A stretch of 64,000 bases of DNA from an uncultured Candidatus Saccharibacteria bacterium. Its GTDB lineage: Bacteria; Patescibacteriota; Minisyncoccia; Phycocordibacterales; Phycocordibacteraceae. The position numbers and the translations under genes were made by a program. Positions 27,854 to 36,709 of this stretch are shown here, in pieces (within the stretch, counting starts at the first letter, position 1; the number at the start of each line of letters is the position of its first letter). The stretch spans positions 72,286-136,285 of the forward strand of contig CAYOCH010000001.1 in the NCBI GenBank assembly GCA_964402535.1. Direction: 5' to 3'. The notes beneath the pieces were generated by a model. That model made no database searches. It was given only the letters and a program-made list of their open reading frames with translations, and was not told the DNA's origin.

Positions 27854-29092
27854 ATGAAAATCTTAGCCATAGAGACCTCCTGCGACGAGACGGCTATCGC
27901 GATCGTCGAGGCCGGACACACTGCGGCCAGTGTGACCGGCGATGCGGAGTTCAAGGTGCTCGGCAACACGCTCCTCTCGCAGATAGAGGTTCACAAAGCG
28001 TACGGAGGCGTCTTCCCTGCGCTCGCCAAGCGCGAACACGCGAAGAATCTCGTCCCGATCCTCGAGGCCGCGCTCGAAGAGGCAGAGCTGTTGCATGAAG
28101 ATACGCAGGCGATCCCGCAAGAGAAGCGCGATCAGATCGCGAAGATGCTCGAGCGCGAACCGGGCCTCACTGAAGCGTTCTTCGATTTCGCGAGCGAGTG
28201 CGAGCCACCCGCGGTCGACGCGATCGCGGTCACGGCCGGGCCCGGCCTCGAGCCGGCGCTCTGGGTCGGGGTCAACTTCGCTAAGGCGCTCGCCACACTC
28301 TGGGACAAACCGCTCGTCGCGGTGAACCATATGGAGGGACACATACTGGCTGCACTCGCGCAGTCAGAAGCACAAAATTCGAATCTCGAAATCCGAAACG
28401 TGAAGATGCCGATCCTTGCGCTACTTATTTCAGGCGGGCATACGGAGCTCGTGCTCATGAAGAGCTGGCTCGAGTACGAGCTCGTCGGCCAGACTCGTGA
28501 TGACGCGGTCGGCGAAGCGTTCGACAAGGTCGCGCGCATGCTCGAACTCCCCTACCCGGGCGGACCCGAAATCTCGAAGCTTGCAGAGGCTGCCCGCGAG
28601 GAATGTCGGGACGTCGTACGTCCTACATTTGATGTAGGACGTACGACGTCCTACACATGGGCGAAACTGCCACGGCCAATGCTCCACGACAACACGTGCG
28701 ACTTTTCATTCGCCGGATTAAAGACAGCCGTACTGAACCTGCTCAAAAAGCGCACTGACCTCACAGAGTCAGACAAGCGCCATGTCGCGCGTGCTTTTGA
28801 AGATGCGGTCGGCGATGTGTTGTGGAAGAAGACCGCGCGGGCGATCGAGGCGACGGGTGCGCAGCTGCTCGTCCTCGGCGGCGGCGTCTCTGCCAACACG
28901 CACATCCGCCGCGAATTCACCACGCATATCGCTTCGGACTACCCGAATGTTTCGCTCCGGATCCCCACCGCAGCGCTCACCACCGACAACGCGCTCATGA
29001 TCGCGCTCGCCGGCTTCTATCGCGCCTCGCGGCGCGAGTTCGCCGTCCCTGAAGCCGTGACCGCAAACGGCAACCAGCACCTCGCGCAATAG
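27854..29092 (+). CDS. tsaD: tRNA N6-adenosine threonylcarbamoyltransferase TsaD, with palindromic in-frame insertion
   Basis: MKILAIETSCDETAIAIVE, HMEGHI, PYPGGP motifs; 412 aa vs ~340 canonical. Confidence 0.9.
   Translation: MKILAIETSCDETAIAIVEAGHTAASVTGDAEFKVLGNTLLSQIEVHKAYGGVFPALAKREHAKNLVPILEAALEEAELLHEDTQAIPQEKRDQIAKMLEREPGLTEAFFDFASECEPPAVDAIAVTAGPGLEPALWVGVNFAKALATLWDKPLVAVNHMEGHILAALAQSEAQNSNLEIRNVKMPILALLISGGHTELVLMKSWLEYELVGQTRDDAVGEAFDKVARMLELPYPGGPEISKLAEAAREECRDVVRPTFDVGRTTSYTWAKLPRPMLHDNTCDFSFAGLKTAVLNLLKKRTDLTESDKRHVARAFEDAVGDVLWKKTARAIEATGAQLLVLGGGVSANTHIRREFTTHIASDYPNVSLRIPTAALTTDNALMIALAGFYRASRREFAVPEAVTANGNQHLAQ
28609..28651. repeat. perfect 20-3-20 palindrome inside tsaD (in frame)
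   Basis: ggacgtcgtacgtcctacat-ttg-atgtaggacgtacgacgtcc; encodes RDVVRPTFDVGRTT, absent from canonical TsaD between PYPGGP...AG and FxFPRP. Confidence 0.85.
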
Positions 29093-29117
29093 CGCATATT
29101 TGCTATATTTTAAGGCA

Positions 29118-31235
29118 ATGCCTGAGAAATTCCTCAAGCCCTACGATTCGGCCACGACCGAGCCGCGCATCTATGCCGACTGGGAGCGGAGCGGACTCTT
29201 CAATCCGGACGAGTGTGTGAAGCAGGGCGTCATCGCCGCGGACGCCACACCCTACTCGATCGTCCTCCCGCCGCCGAACGTCACCGGCCGCCTCCACATG
29301 GGCCACGCGCTCATGCTCACGATCGAGGACATCTTCATCCGCTTCAAGCGCATGCAGGGCTTCAAGACGCTGTGGCTCCCGGGCACCGATCACGCCGCGA
29401 TAGCGACGCAGTCGGTCGTCGAGAAGCAGATCAAGAAGGAGGAGGATAAGAGCCGTCACGACCTCGGCCGCGAGGAGCTTTTGCGCCGCGTCGAAGCCTT
29501 TGCCGCAGCGAGCCACGACACGATCGTCTCGCAGATGAAGACGATGGGCGCCTCGCTCGACTGGTCGCGCGAGGCGTTCACGCTCGACGAGACGCGCAAC
29601 CGCGCGGTGCGCAAGGTCTTCAAAGAGATGTACGACGCAGGCCTCATCTACCGCGGCAACCGCATCGTGAACTGGGACCCGAAGGGTCAGACCACCATCT
29701 CTGACGACGAGATCGTCTACGAGGAGCGCCCCGCCAAGCTCTACACGTTCAAATATTCCAAGGACTTCCCTATTGCGGTCGCCACGACGCGCCCTGAGAC
29801 GAAGGTCGGCGACGTCGCCGTCGCCGTGCACCCTGATGATGCACGGTATATGGAGTTCGTCGGCAAAGAGTACGATGCCGTGTTCTGCGACGTACCGATC
29901 CACATCACGGTGGTCGCAGACAAAGAGGTCGACCCGGCCTTCGGCACCGGCGCCGTCGGCGTCACGCCAGCGCACAGCCAGACGGACTGGGACATCGCCG
30001 ACCGCCACCTGCTCTCGCACGAGGTGATCGTGATCAACGAGTACGCCAAGATGACCGTATCTGGACGGCTTGAAGGCAAGAAGACGGGCGAGGCACGCGA
30101 GATCGTCGTCGAGTGGCTCAAGAGCGAAGGGCTGCTCGAGAAGGAGGAGGATATCAAGCAGAACGTCGCCACGGCCGAGCGAACGGGCGGGATTATCGAG
30201 CCGCTGCCTAAGCTCCAGTGGTGGGTGGACGTGAACAAGGAGGTCCCCGGCCGCGGCACCTCGCTCAAGGGCCTCATGCTCGAGGCGGTACGCTCAGGCG
30301 CGATCACGATCATCCCCGACTACACGGTCAAGACCTACTATCACTGGATCGAGAACCTGCGCGACTGGTGCATCAGCCGCCAGATCTGGTACGGCCATCG
30401 CATCCCCGTGTGGTACAAGGGCGAAGACATCATGGTCGGCGTCGAGCCCAAGGAGGATGGCTGGGCACAAGACGAGGACACGCTCGACACCTGGTTCTCT
30501 TCAGGCCTCTGGACATTCTCGACACTCGGCTGGCCGGAACAGACTGACGACTTCAAGACGTATCACCCGACCGACGTGCTTGAGACGGGCTACGACATCC
30601 TCTTCTTCTGGGTCGCGCGCATGATCCTCATGACCGAGTTCGCAGTGAACGACATCCCCTTCAAGACCGTCTACCTGAACGGTCTCGTCCGCGACGCGCA
30701 GGGGCGCAAGATGAGCAAGTCGCTCGGCAACAATATGGACCCGCTCGACATCGCCGCTAAGTACGGCGCCGACGCGGCGCGCATGGCGCTCGTGGTCGGC
30801 AACACGCCGGGCACCGACATGCGCATGAGCGAGGACAAGATCAAGGGCTACAAGCACTTCGCGAACAAGCTGTGGAACATCGCGCGGTTCGTACTTGAGA
30901 ACACGAAGGGAGAGCCGGTTGTGCGCGAGATACGCGAGCTCGAATCCTACGGCATCCCCGCGCTCGTCCGCGAGGTGACCGAGGATATCGAGCAATACCG
31001 CGTCTATTTGGCGTCCGAAAAGATATACCACTACGTCTGGCACACGCTCGCAGACATCCATATCGAAGAGAGCAAGAAGGATGAGCGAATCAAGGCGGAC
31101 CTGTATTCGATACTGGTCATTTGCTTGAAGCTCCTCCACCCCTTCATGCCGTTCGTCACAGAAGAGATTTATCAGTCCCTCCCGACCAAGGATTCACAGT
31201 TCTTGATGACCGCGAAGTGGCCCCTGCTTCGCTGA
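29118..31235 (+). CDS. valS: valine--tRNA ligase (short form)
   Basis: PPPNVTGRLHMGHA (HIGH) and KMSKSLGN motifs; ~705 aa, lacks the long C-terminal coiled-coil. Confidence 0.85.
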   Translation: MPEKFLKPYDSATTEPRIYADWERSGLFNPDECVKQGVIAADATPYSIVLPPPNVTGRLHMGHALMLTIEDIFIRFKRMQGFKTLWLPGTDHAAIATQSVVEKQIKKEEDKSRHDLGREELLRRVEAFAAASHDTIVSQMKTMGASLDWSREAFTLDETRNRAVRKVFKEMYDAGLIYRGNRIVNWDPKGQTTISDDEIVYEERPAKLYTFKYSKDFPIAVATTRPETKVGDVAVAVHPDDARYMEFVGKEYDAVFCDVPIHITVVADKEVDPAFGTGAVGVTPAHSQTDWDIADRHLLSHEVIVINEYAKMTVSGRLEGKKTGEAREIVVEWLKSEGLLEKEEDIKQNVATAERTGGIIEPLPKLQWWVDVNKEVPGRGTSLKGLMLEAVRSGAITIIPDYTVKTYYHWIENLRDWCISRQIWYGHRIPVWYKGEDIMVGVEPKEDGWAQDEDTLDTWFSSGLWTFSTLGWPEQTDDFKTYHPTDVLETGYDILFFWVARMILMTEFAVNDIPFKTVYLNGLVRDAQGRKMSKSLGNNMDPLDIAAKYGADAARMALVVGNTPGTDMRMSEDKIKGYKHFANKLWNIARFVLENTKGEPVVREIRELESYGIPALVREVTEDIEQYRVYLASEKIYHYVWHTLADIHIEESKKDERIKADLYSILVICLKLLHPFMPFVTEEIYQSLPTKDSQFLMTAKWPLLR

Positions 31236-31277
31236 AGCTACGCAGGGCAGGCCTCGTAGGCCTGCTACAATAGTGGG

Positions 31278-31973
31278 GTGACGTTTATCGCCCTTTTTTA
31301 CGCATTCATCGGCGGGCTCTTACCCTCCCTCATTTGGCTCTATTTCTTGCTTAAGGAGGACGCGAAGCACCCGGAGCCTAAGTCGCTCATCCTGCTCACG
31401 TTCATCGCCGGCATGCTCGCCGTCGCCGTTGCGCTCCCCTTCGAGCAGTACGCCAAGGCCAACCTCTCGGGCGACGTGCCGATCCTCACTGCCTGGGCGC
31501 TCATCGAGGAGGTGCTCAAATATGCTGTCGTGGCGATTCTGATCCTCTGGCGGTCCGCGGTCGACGAGGCGCCCGATTATGTGATCTATATGCTCACGTC
31601 CGCGCTCGGATTCGCCGCCGGCGAAAACGCTCTCTTCCTCCTCACGCCGATCGCGAACGGTGAGCTCGCGGCGAGCCTCTTCACGGGCGATCTGCGTTTC
31701 CTCGGCTCGACCCTCCTTCATGTGGTCGCCTCAGCCGCAATCGGCTTCTCCCTCGCGTTCTCGGCTGCGTCACGCCCAGTGGTGCGGATGAGCGCCGCCG
31801 GCATCGGACTTATCCTCGCCGTGTCGTTGCACACCGCGTTCAATACGCTTATCATCAGTCAAGGCACATCGGCGACACTTACGGCCCTCTTCCTCGTGTG
31901 GATGGTAGCCGTCATCTTTTTCGCAGCGTTCGAGGTGCTCAAATATTTCCAGTACCGTAATTTCCCTACGTAA
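31278..31973 (+). CDS. PrsW-family intramembrane protease
   Basis: EEVLKYAVV and GFAAGENALF motifs in a multi-TM context. Confidence 0.6.
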   Translation: MTFIALFYAFIGGLLPSLIWLYFLLKEDAKHPEPKSLILLTFIAGMLAVAVALPFEQYAKANLSGDVPILTAWALIEEVLKYAVVAILILWRSAVDEAPDYVIYMLTSALGFAAGENALFLLTPIANGELAASLFTGDLRFLGSTLLHVVASAAIGFSLAFSAASRPVVRMSAAGIGLILAVSLHTAFNTLIISQGTSATLTALFLVWMVAVIFFAAFEVLKYFQYRNFPT

Positions 31974-31977
31974 CAAC

Positions 31978-32463
31978 ATGGCAAAGCGCTCCTTCTTCGA
32001 ACGACTCTCCGGATCGACCTCCTCTGCCGATACGTTCGACACGTTCGATGACGATGAGGTCGTCGCGACGCACGCGCCACACAAAGAGGGGCATGCCCGC
32101 CCGGCGCCGCTCGAGGATGACCTGCCCGTCTCCGAGGGTCAGCTTCCGGTGGATGTCCACCAGACCGCGAACGACATCATCATCCGCGCCTTTGTCGCAG
32201 GCGTCCGCCCCGACGAGCTCTCCATTTCGATAAGCCGCGACATGGTCGAGATCGAAGGCTCCCGTCTCGAGCGCGAGCAGGTCGCGGGGCCTGACTTCTT
32301 CACCCGCGAGCTCTTCTGGGGCTCGTTCTCGCGTGCGATCACCCTCCCGCAAGAGGTCGATGTCGACGCCGCAACCGCCAGCGCCAAGGACGGTCTCCTC
32401 ACGCTCATCCTGCCGAAGCTCGACAAGGCACGCCAGACGAAGCTTCGTGTGAAAGCAGGCTAG
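31978..32463 (+). CDS. Hsp20/alpha-crystallin small heat-shock protein
   Basis: ACD pattern VDVHQTANDIIIRAFVAGV...KDGLLTLILPK. Confidence 0.8.
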   Translation: MAKRSFFERLSGSTSSADTFDTFDDDEVVATHAPHKEGHARPAPLEDDLPVSEGQLPVDVHQTANDIIIRAFVAGVRPDELSISISRDMVEIEGSRLEREQVAGPDFFTRELFWGSFSRAITLPQEVDVDAATASAKDGLLTLILPKLDKARQTKLRVKAG

Positions 32464-33572
32464 TCAAGCGTCACCGTCGTGAGCGTCGGGTCACGCGGCA
32501 CGAACTCGGCAGTAAAAGGCATCCGTGCTATGACACGCCCGTCAGCGGCGACAACGTCGACGCGCCAGGAGCCTGCTGATGTAATCGGCACGGTCGAGTA
32601 ACCGCGATACCCGTTATCGCGCCCGCCGATGATCGGATACGAGATGGTCGCGCGCTCCACCCAGCGCTTGTTCGCGCTGTCGTACCATGACCAGCGATGC
32701 GCGACGGTCGCCGTAAGCGTCGTCGGCGCAAAGACGGAGCTATAGGCAGATATCTGTTCGCCCTCGGTCACGTGCAGGGTCGGCGAGAATCCGAGGTAGC
32801 GGACGAGCCACGAATTTTCAAGTTCCGCCGCGGCCATATACGCGCCCGGGACGCGCCACACAGAGTGATAGACGCCCGCCGCAGTCGCCGAGAGCGGCAT
32901 CGGCGGCAAAACGCTCGTGAAGTAGAATAGGTTCATGAGCACGAGAACGATGAGCGCCCCGAGCCGGATACGCCAGACACCGCCCTTGAACCGCGTGTGC
33001 GCGACGAGCCGTAGCACGCTCGTGAATGCGATGAAAACAGCGATAGCGACCAAGCCGCTCAGGAGGAACGTCAGCGTCCCGATCGTACCGACGTAGATCG
33101 GTACTTCGAATATCGCGTAGTTGTAGAGTGCAAAGAAGAAGAGCACGGTCGTAAAGACGAGCCGCTGGTGATACTGGTGGAAGTACTCGCTCGCGAAGAA
33201 GATGAGGAACACCAGGATGAGGAACGGCCACGAGACGCCGAGGACCGCCGACCGACCGTAGAAGATGACGAACGCGCTCCAGAATCCGCCGAGCGCGAAC
33301 TGCGTCACGACGGCGAGAACGAGGCGCGAACGCGGCAAGGGCGTGCCGCGCTTGGTCGCGCGAGACTCGATCCAGTGGAGCGCAGGGATCGCGATGGCGC
33401 AGGCGATCGCGTAGCCAGCCAAGAGAAGCTGCGTCTGCAAGAGATCGATGCGCGTGAACACGAGATTGTCGGCGACGAAGCCGGCGATCATCGCGAGCGC
33501 AGAGAGATGCCGCTCGTACGCGTGCGCCCATGCAAAGAACCGCTTCACCATGCGTTTCATTATACTGATCAT
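32460..33572 (-). CDS. hypothetical membrane protein with extracytoplasmic C-terminal domain
   Basis: 370 aa, about 8 N-terminal TM helices. Confidence 0.45.
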   Translation of the reverse strand: MISIMKRMVKRFFAWAHAYERHLSALAMIAGFVADNLVFTRIDLLQTQLLLAGYAIACAIAIPALHWIESRATKRGTPLPRSRLVLAVVTQFALGGFWSAFVIFYGRSAVLGVSWPFLILVFLIFFASEYFHQYHQRLVFTTVLFFFALYNYAIFEVPIYVGTIGTLTFLLSGLVAIAVFIAFTSVLRLVAHTRFKGGVWRIRLGALIVLVLMNLFYFTSVLPPMPLSATAAGVYHSVWRVPGAYMAAAELENSWLVRYLGFSPTLHVTEGEQISAYSSVFAPTTLTATVAHRWSWYDSANKRWVERATISYPIIGGRDNGYRGYSTVPITSAGSWRVDVVAADGRVIARMPFTAEFVPRDPTLTTVTLD

Positions 33573-33608
33573 TGCGCACGCGTCAGGCGCTTACACTGCA
33601 CAATTCGG

Positions 33609-33681
33609 TGCTTGGAGTCGGGATCGAACCGACGACCCCTTCCTCTTCAGGGAAGTGCTCTACCATCTGAGCTATCCAAGC
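33609..33681 (-). tRNA. tRNA-Phe (anticodon GAA)
   Basis: GCTTGGA/TCCAAGC acceptor, anticodon stem CTTCC/GGAAG with loop CTGAAGA. Confidence 0.85.
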
Positions 33682-33694
33682 TTGTTGTACCGGG

Positions 33695-33985
33695 TTATAT
33701 GCCCGCTTTGATCGAGTTTAGCAGCTTTTGCACGTCAGCGGAAGTCGGCAGGCCGAAGGGGCCTGATGCGGGCGTCTCAATACCGGTCGCCTGCGAGAAG
33801 CGCGCGACCAAGGGCTGCAGGTACTGCTGATAGAGATAGAGAGGGAGTGCGAGCACGATCACCCACACGATCACACGACCGATGAAGCCGAGCCATTGGT
33901 CGCGGCGGATCGCACGGAGCATCTGGTGGTTGTCCTTGGCGAGCGCGTGCGTCTCTTCAAGCAGCTTCTTGAGTTCTGGATCCAT
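33695..33985 (-). CDS. hypothetical small membrane protein
   Basis: 96 aa with one TM helix. Confidence 0.35.
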   Translation of the reverse strand: MDPELKKLLEETHALAKDNHQMLRAIRRDQWLGFIGRVIVWVIVLALPLYLYQQYLQPLVARFSQATGIETPASGPFGLPTSADVQKLLNSIKAGI

Positions 33986-34011
33986 GTGCCTTCATGATAG
34001 CACCTGCAAGT

Positions 34012-34083
34012 GCCCTTGGTAGGAATCGAACCTACATCGCCTCGTTAGGAGTGAGGTGCTCTATCCATTGAGCTACAAGGGCA
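34012..34083 (-). tRNA. tRNA-Arg (anticodon CCT)
   Basis: GCCCTTG/CAAGGGC acceptor, anticodon loop CTCCTAA. Confidence 0.75.
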
Positions 34084-34162
34084 GGTAAGTGGAGGGTAAC
34101 ACAAAACGCGCCCCGTGAGATGGCGGCTTCGCCTATCTCACGGGGCGCGTTTTGCGTGCTCC

Positions 34163-34435
34163 CTAGATCCCGAGAGAGGAGGCGATGCGCTCCTGGTCGA
34201 ACCCGATGATCATCTCGTCGCCGATGACGATGACCGGGACGCCCATCTGACCGGACTTCTGGATCATCTCCTGGCGCTTCGCAAGGTCGTGCGCCACGTC
34301 ATACTCGGTATAACTGATGTTGTGGTCTTTGAGATAGTCCTTCGTCATCTGACAGAAGTGACAGGTCGGGGTGCTATAAATCGTGACTTTCTTGTCCATG
34401 TATCGTGTTATTAACGGTGGCTTCGAGTATAGCAC
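34163..34435 (-). CDS. glutaredoxin-like protein (NrdH/YruB-like)
   Basis: TIYSTPTCHFCQ CxxC thioredoxin-fold motif, 90 aa. Confidence 0.75.
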   Translation of the reverse strand: MLYSKPPLITRYMDKKVTIYSTPTCHFCQMTKDYLKDHNISYTEYDVAHDLAKRQEMIQKSGQMGVPVIVIGDEMIIGFDQERIASSLGI

Positions 34436-34452
34436 GCATAGTTATCCACAGG

Positions 34453-34523
34453 TGCGGGTAGGGAGAATCGGACTCCCGACTACTGCTTGGGAAGCAGTCG
34501 TTTTACCACTAAACCATACCCGC
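34453..34523 (-). tRNA. tRNA-Gly (anticodon CCC)
   Basis: GCGGGTA/TACCCGC acceptor, anticodon stem ACTGC/GCAGT with loop TTCCCAA. Confidence 0.8.
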
Positions 34524-34524
34524 A

Positions 34525-34863
34525 TTAGAAAAAGTTTAAGATCTTCTCCCACCAGGTGGGCGTCGCAGTCGGCGTCGAGGTCGCCGGAGGCACGACGACG
34601 ATCACCTCCTCGCCCGGCCGAGCGACGCCGAAGGCCGTCCGGATGGCCGCATCCTTCCCTCTCGCCGTGCCGAGCGCCGCCAGGTTCGCCTCGAGGATCG
34701 CCTTGCGCGCCTCAAGCGACTGATACTGCGCCTTAGCCTCGTTCGCCTGCGAGACGGCTACCTGAGCCTTACCCGCGAGCCCGTAGATCAGCGTCACGAG
34801 CCAGAATGCGACCAGGAGCAGGATACCGATCACCACCCCCTGCCGCCACTCTTTCGCGCGCAT
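34525..34863 (-). CDS. membrane-anchored coiled-coil protein (FtsB/DivIC-like?)
   Basis: N-terminal TM then coiled coil (QYQSLEARKAILEANLAAL). Confidence 0.35.
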   Translation of the reverse strand: MRAKEWRQGVVIGILLLVAFWLVTLIYGLAGKAQVAVSQANEAKAQYQSLEARKAILEANLAALGTARGKDAAIRTAFGVARPGEEVIVVVPPATSTPTATPTWWEKILNFF

Positions 34864-34876
34864 CCCTCCAGTATAC

Positions 34877-36709
34877 CTACTCGGCCGAGGTCTGCACCAT
34901 CTTCATAAAGACCTCTTCAGGGATGTTCACCTTCCCTCTCCCCCGCTCAAGGAGCTTCTTCTTGCCGCGCTTCTGCTTGTCGAGGAGCTTGTTCTTGCGC
35001 GAGACGTCACCGCCGTAGAGATAGCCGGTGACGTCCTTGCGCATCGCCGAGAGCGACCGAGACGCGATGATGCGCCCGAGCGCCTTACCCTGGATCTTGG
35101 TCACGAAGAGCTGCTTGGGCAGCATCCTGTAGAGCTTCTCCACCATCTTCTCGGCCTCCTCCTCGACGCGGCGGCGCGCGACCACGCGCGAGAAGGCCGG
35201 CACCGGCTCGTCGGCGACGAGCACGTCGAGACGCACCACATCCGCCTCGCGCTCAGGCAGGATCTCATACGAGAGCGACGCATAGCCCGACGAGAGGTTC
35301 TTGAGCTTGTCGAAGAAGCCGCGCATGAGCTCGCGAAGCGGCATCTCGATCGTCATCTCGATACGTCCGTCGGCGAACGTCTCTGTCCCCATCGTGTTCG
35401 CCTCATGATCGTAGAGCATCTGGACGAGCGCGCTCACGCAGTCGGGCGGCGTGATGATGATCACCTTCGCCCACGGCTCTTCGATCTTCACGATATCCCC
35501 GTACTCCGGGAACTTGGCGGGCGTATAGATCGTCTCGCGCACGCCGCTTTTCGTCGTGACGACGTAGGAGATGGTCGGGATCGTCACGACGAGCGTGAGG
35601 CTGAATTCGCGGCGCAAGCGTTCGGTGACGATCTCAAGATGCAGAAGGCCGAGGAATCCGCAGCGGAATCCCCTCCCCAAAACGCCAGATGATTCCTCCT
35701 CGAACGAGAGCGAGGAGTCAGAGAGACGCAGGCGCTCGAGCGCCTTGCGCAGGAGAGGTAGGTCGTCCTGGCTCTCGGGATAGACTGAGGCCCACACGAC
35801 CGGCCGAACCCGTTCGTAGCCGAGCAAGGCCGGCAGGCTGCCTTTAGCCGCACCGATCGTGTCGCCGACCGCCACAACCCCCGGTTCCTTGATGCCGGTC
35901 ACCACGTAGCCGATCTCGCCGGAGGAGAGCGACTCTGCCGGCGTCTCGCCGGGCGTGAAGATGCCGGTCTCGAGCGCGACGAACTCCTTCCCTGCGGCAT
36001 GAAAGCGGAGCGGCTGACCCTTCTTGAAAGTACCGTCGAAGACACGCATATAGACCGCGATGCCGCGGTGCGTCGAATACGAAAAGTCGAAGATAAGCCC
36101 GCGCGGCTCATCGGCATTGTAAGTTTGACTTACAAGGTTCTCCCTGGATTGTAAGTCGAACTTACAATGCGGGGGCGGGACGAGCTTCACGATCGCCTCG
36201 AGGAGCTCTTCGACGCCCGCCCCGGTGCGGCCGGAGACGGCGAGCACCTCGTCCGGCGAGACGCCCACGAGCTTCGCGAGCTCGGCCTTGACCTCAGCGA
36301 CGCGCGCATACGGCGAGTCGATCTTCGACACGATCGGGATCACGACACAACCCTGCGCCTGCGCCATTGAAAGCGTCGTCAATGTCTGCGCTTGCACGCC
36401 CTGCGTCGAGTCGACGAGGAGCAGCACGCCCTCGACGGCATGCAGTGCGCGCGACACCTCGTACGAGAAATCGATGTGGCCCGGCGTGTCGATCAGGTTC
36501 AGCGTGTAATCGCGATAGCGCATCCGCACCGGCTGCATCTTGATGGTGATGCCGCGCTCGCGCTCGAGGTCCATGCGGTCGAGCACCTGGTCGCGCATGA
36601 GGCGCTCGGGGATCGTGCCCGTCCGTTCGAGAAGACGGTCAGCGAGCGTCGACTTGCCATGGTCGACGTGCGCGATGATAGAAAAATTTCGGATGGTCTC
36701 TGGATTCAC
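34877..36709 (-). CDS. lepA: elongation factor 4 (LepA), with palindromic in-frame insertion
   Basis: NFSIIAHVDHGKSTLADRLLE G-domain and LepA C-terminus YGGDVSRKNKLLDKQKRGKKK. Confidence 0.93.
   Translation of the reverse strand: MNPETIRNFSIIAHVDHGKSTLADRLLERTGTIPERLMRDQVLDRMDLERERGITIKMQPVRMRYRDYTLNLIDTPGHIDFSYEVSRALHAVEGVLLLVDSTQGVQAQTLTTLSMAQAQGCVVIPIVSKIDSPYARVAEVKAELAKLVGVSPDEVLAVSGRTGAGVEELLEAIVKLVPPPHCKFDLQSRENLVSQTYNADEPRGLIFDFSYSTHRGIAVYMRVFDGTFKKGQPLRFHAAGKEFVALETGIFTPGETPAESLSSGEIGYVVTGIKEPGVVAVGDTIGAAKGSLPALLGYERVRPVVWASVYPESQDDLPLLRKALERLRLSDSSLSFEEESSGVLGRGFRCGFLGLLHLEIVTERLRREFSLTLVVTIPTISYVVTTKSGVRETIYTPAKFPEYGDIVKIEEPWAKVIIITPPDCVSALVQMLYDHEANTMGTETFADGRIEMTIEMPLRELMRGFFDKLKNLSSGYASLSYEILPEREADVVRLDVLVADEPVPAFSRVVARRRVEEEAEKMVEKLYRMLPKQLFVTKIQGKALGRIIASRSLSAMRKDVTGYLYGGDVSRKNKLLDKQKRGKKKLLERGRGKVNIPEEVFMKMVQTSAE
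36115..36169. repeat. 55-bp double-hairpin palindrome inside lepA (in frame)
   Basis: cattgtaagtttgacttacaa-N13-ttgtaagtcgaacttacaatg; encodes HCKFDLQSRENLVSQTYN inserted after the conserved PPP of domain II. Confidence 0.8.
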
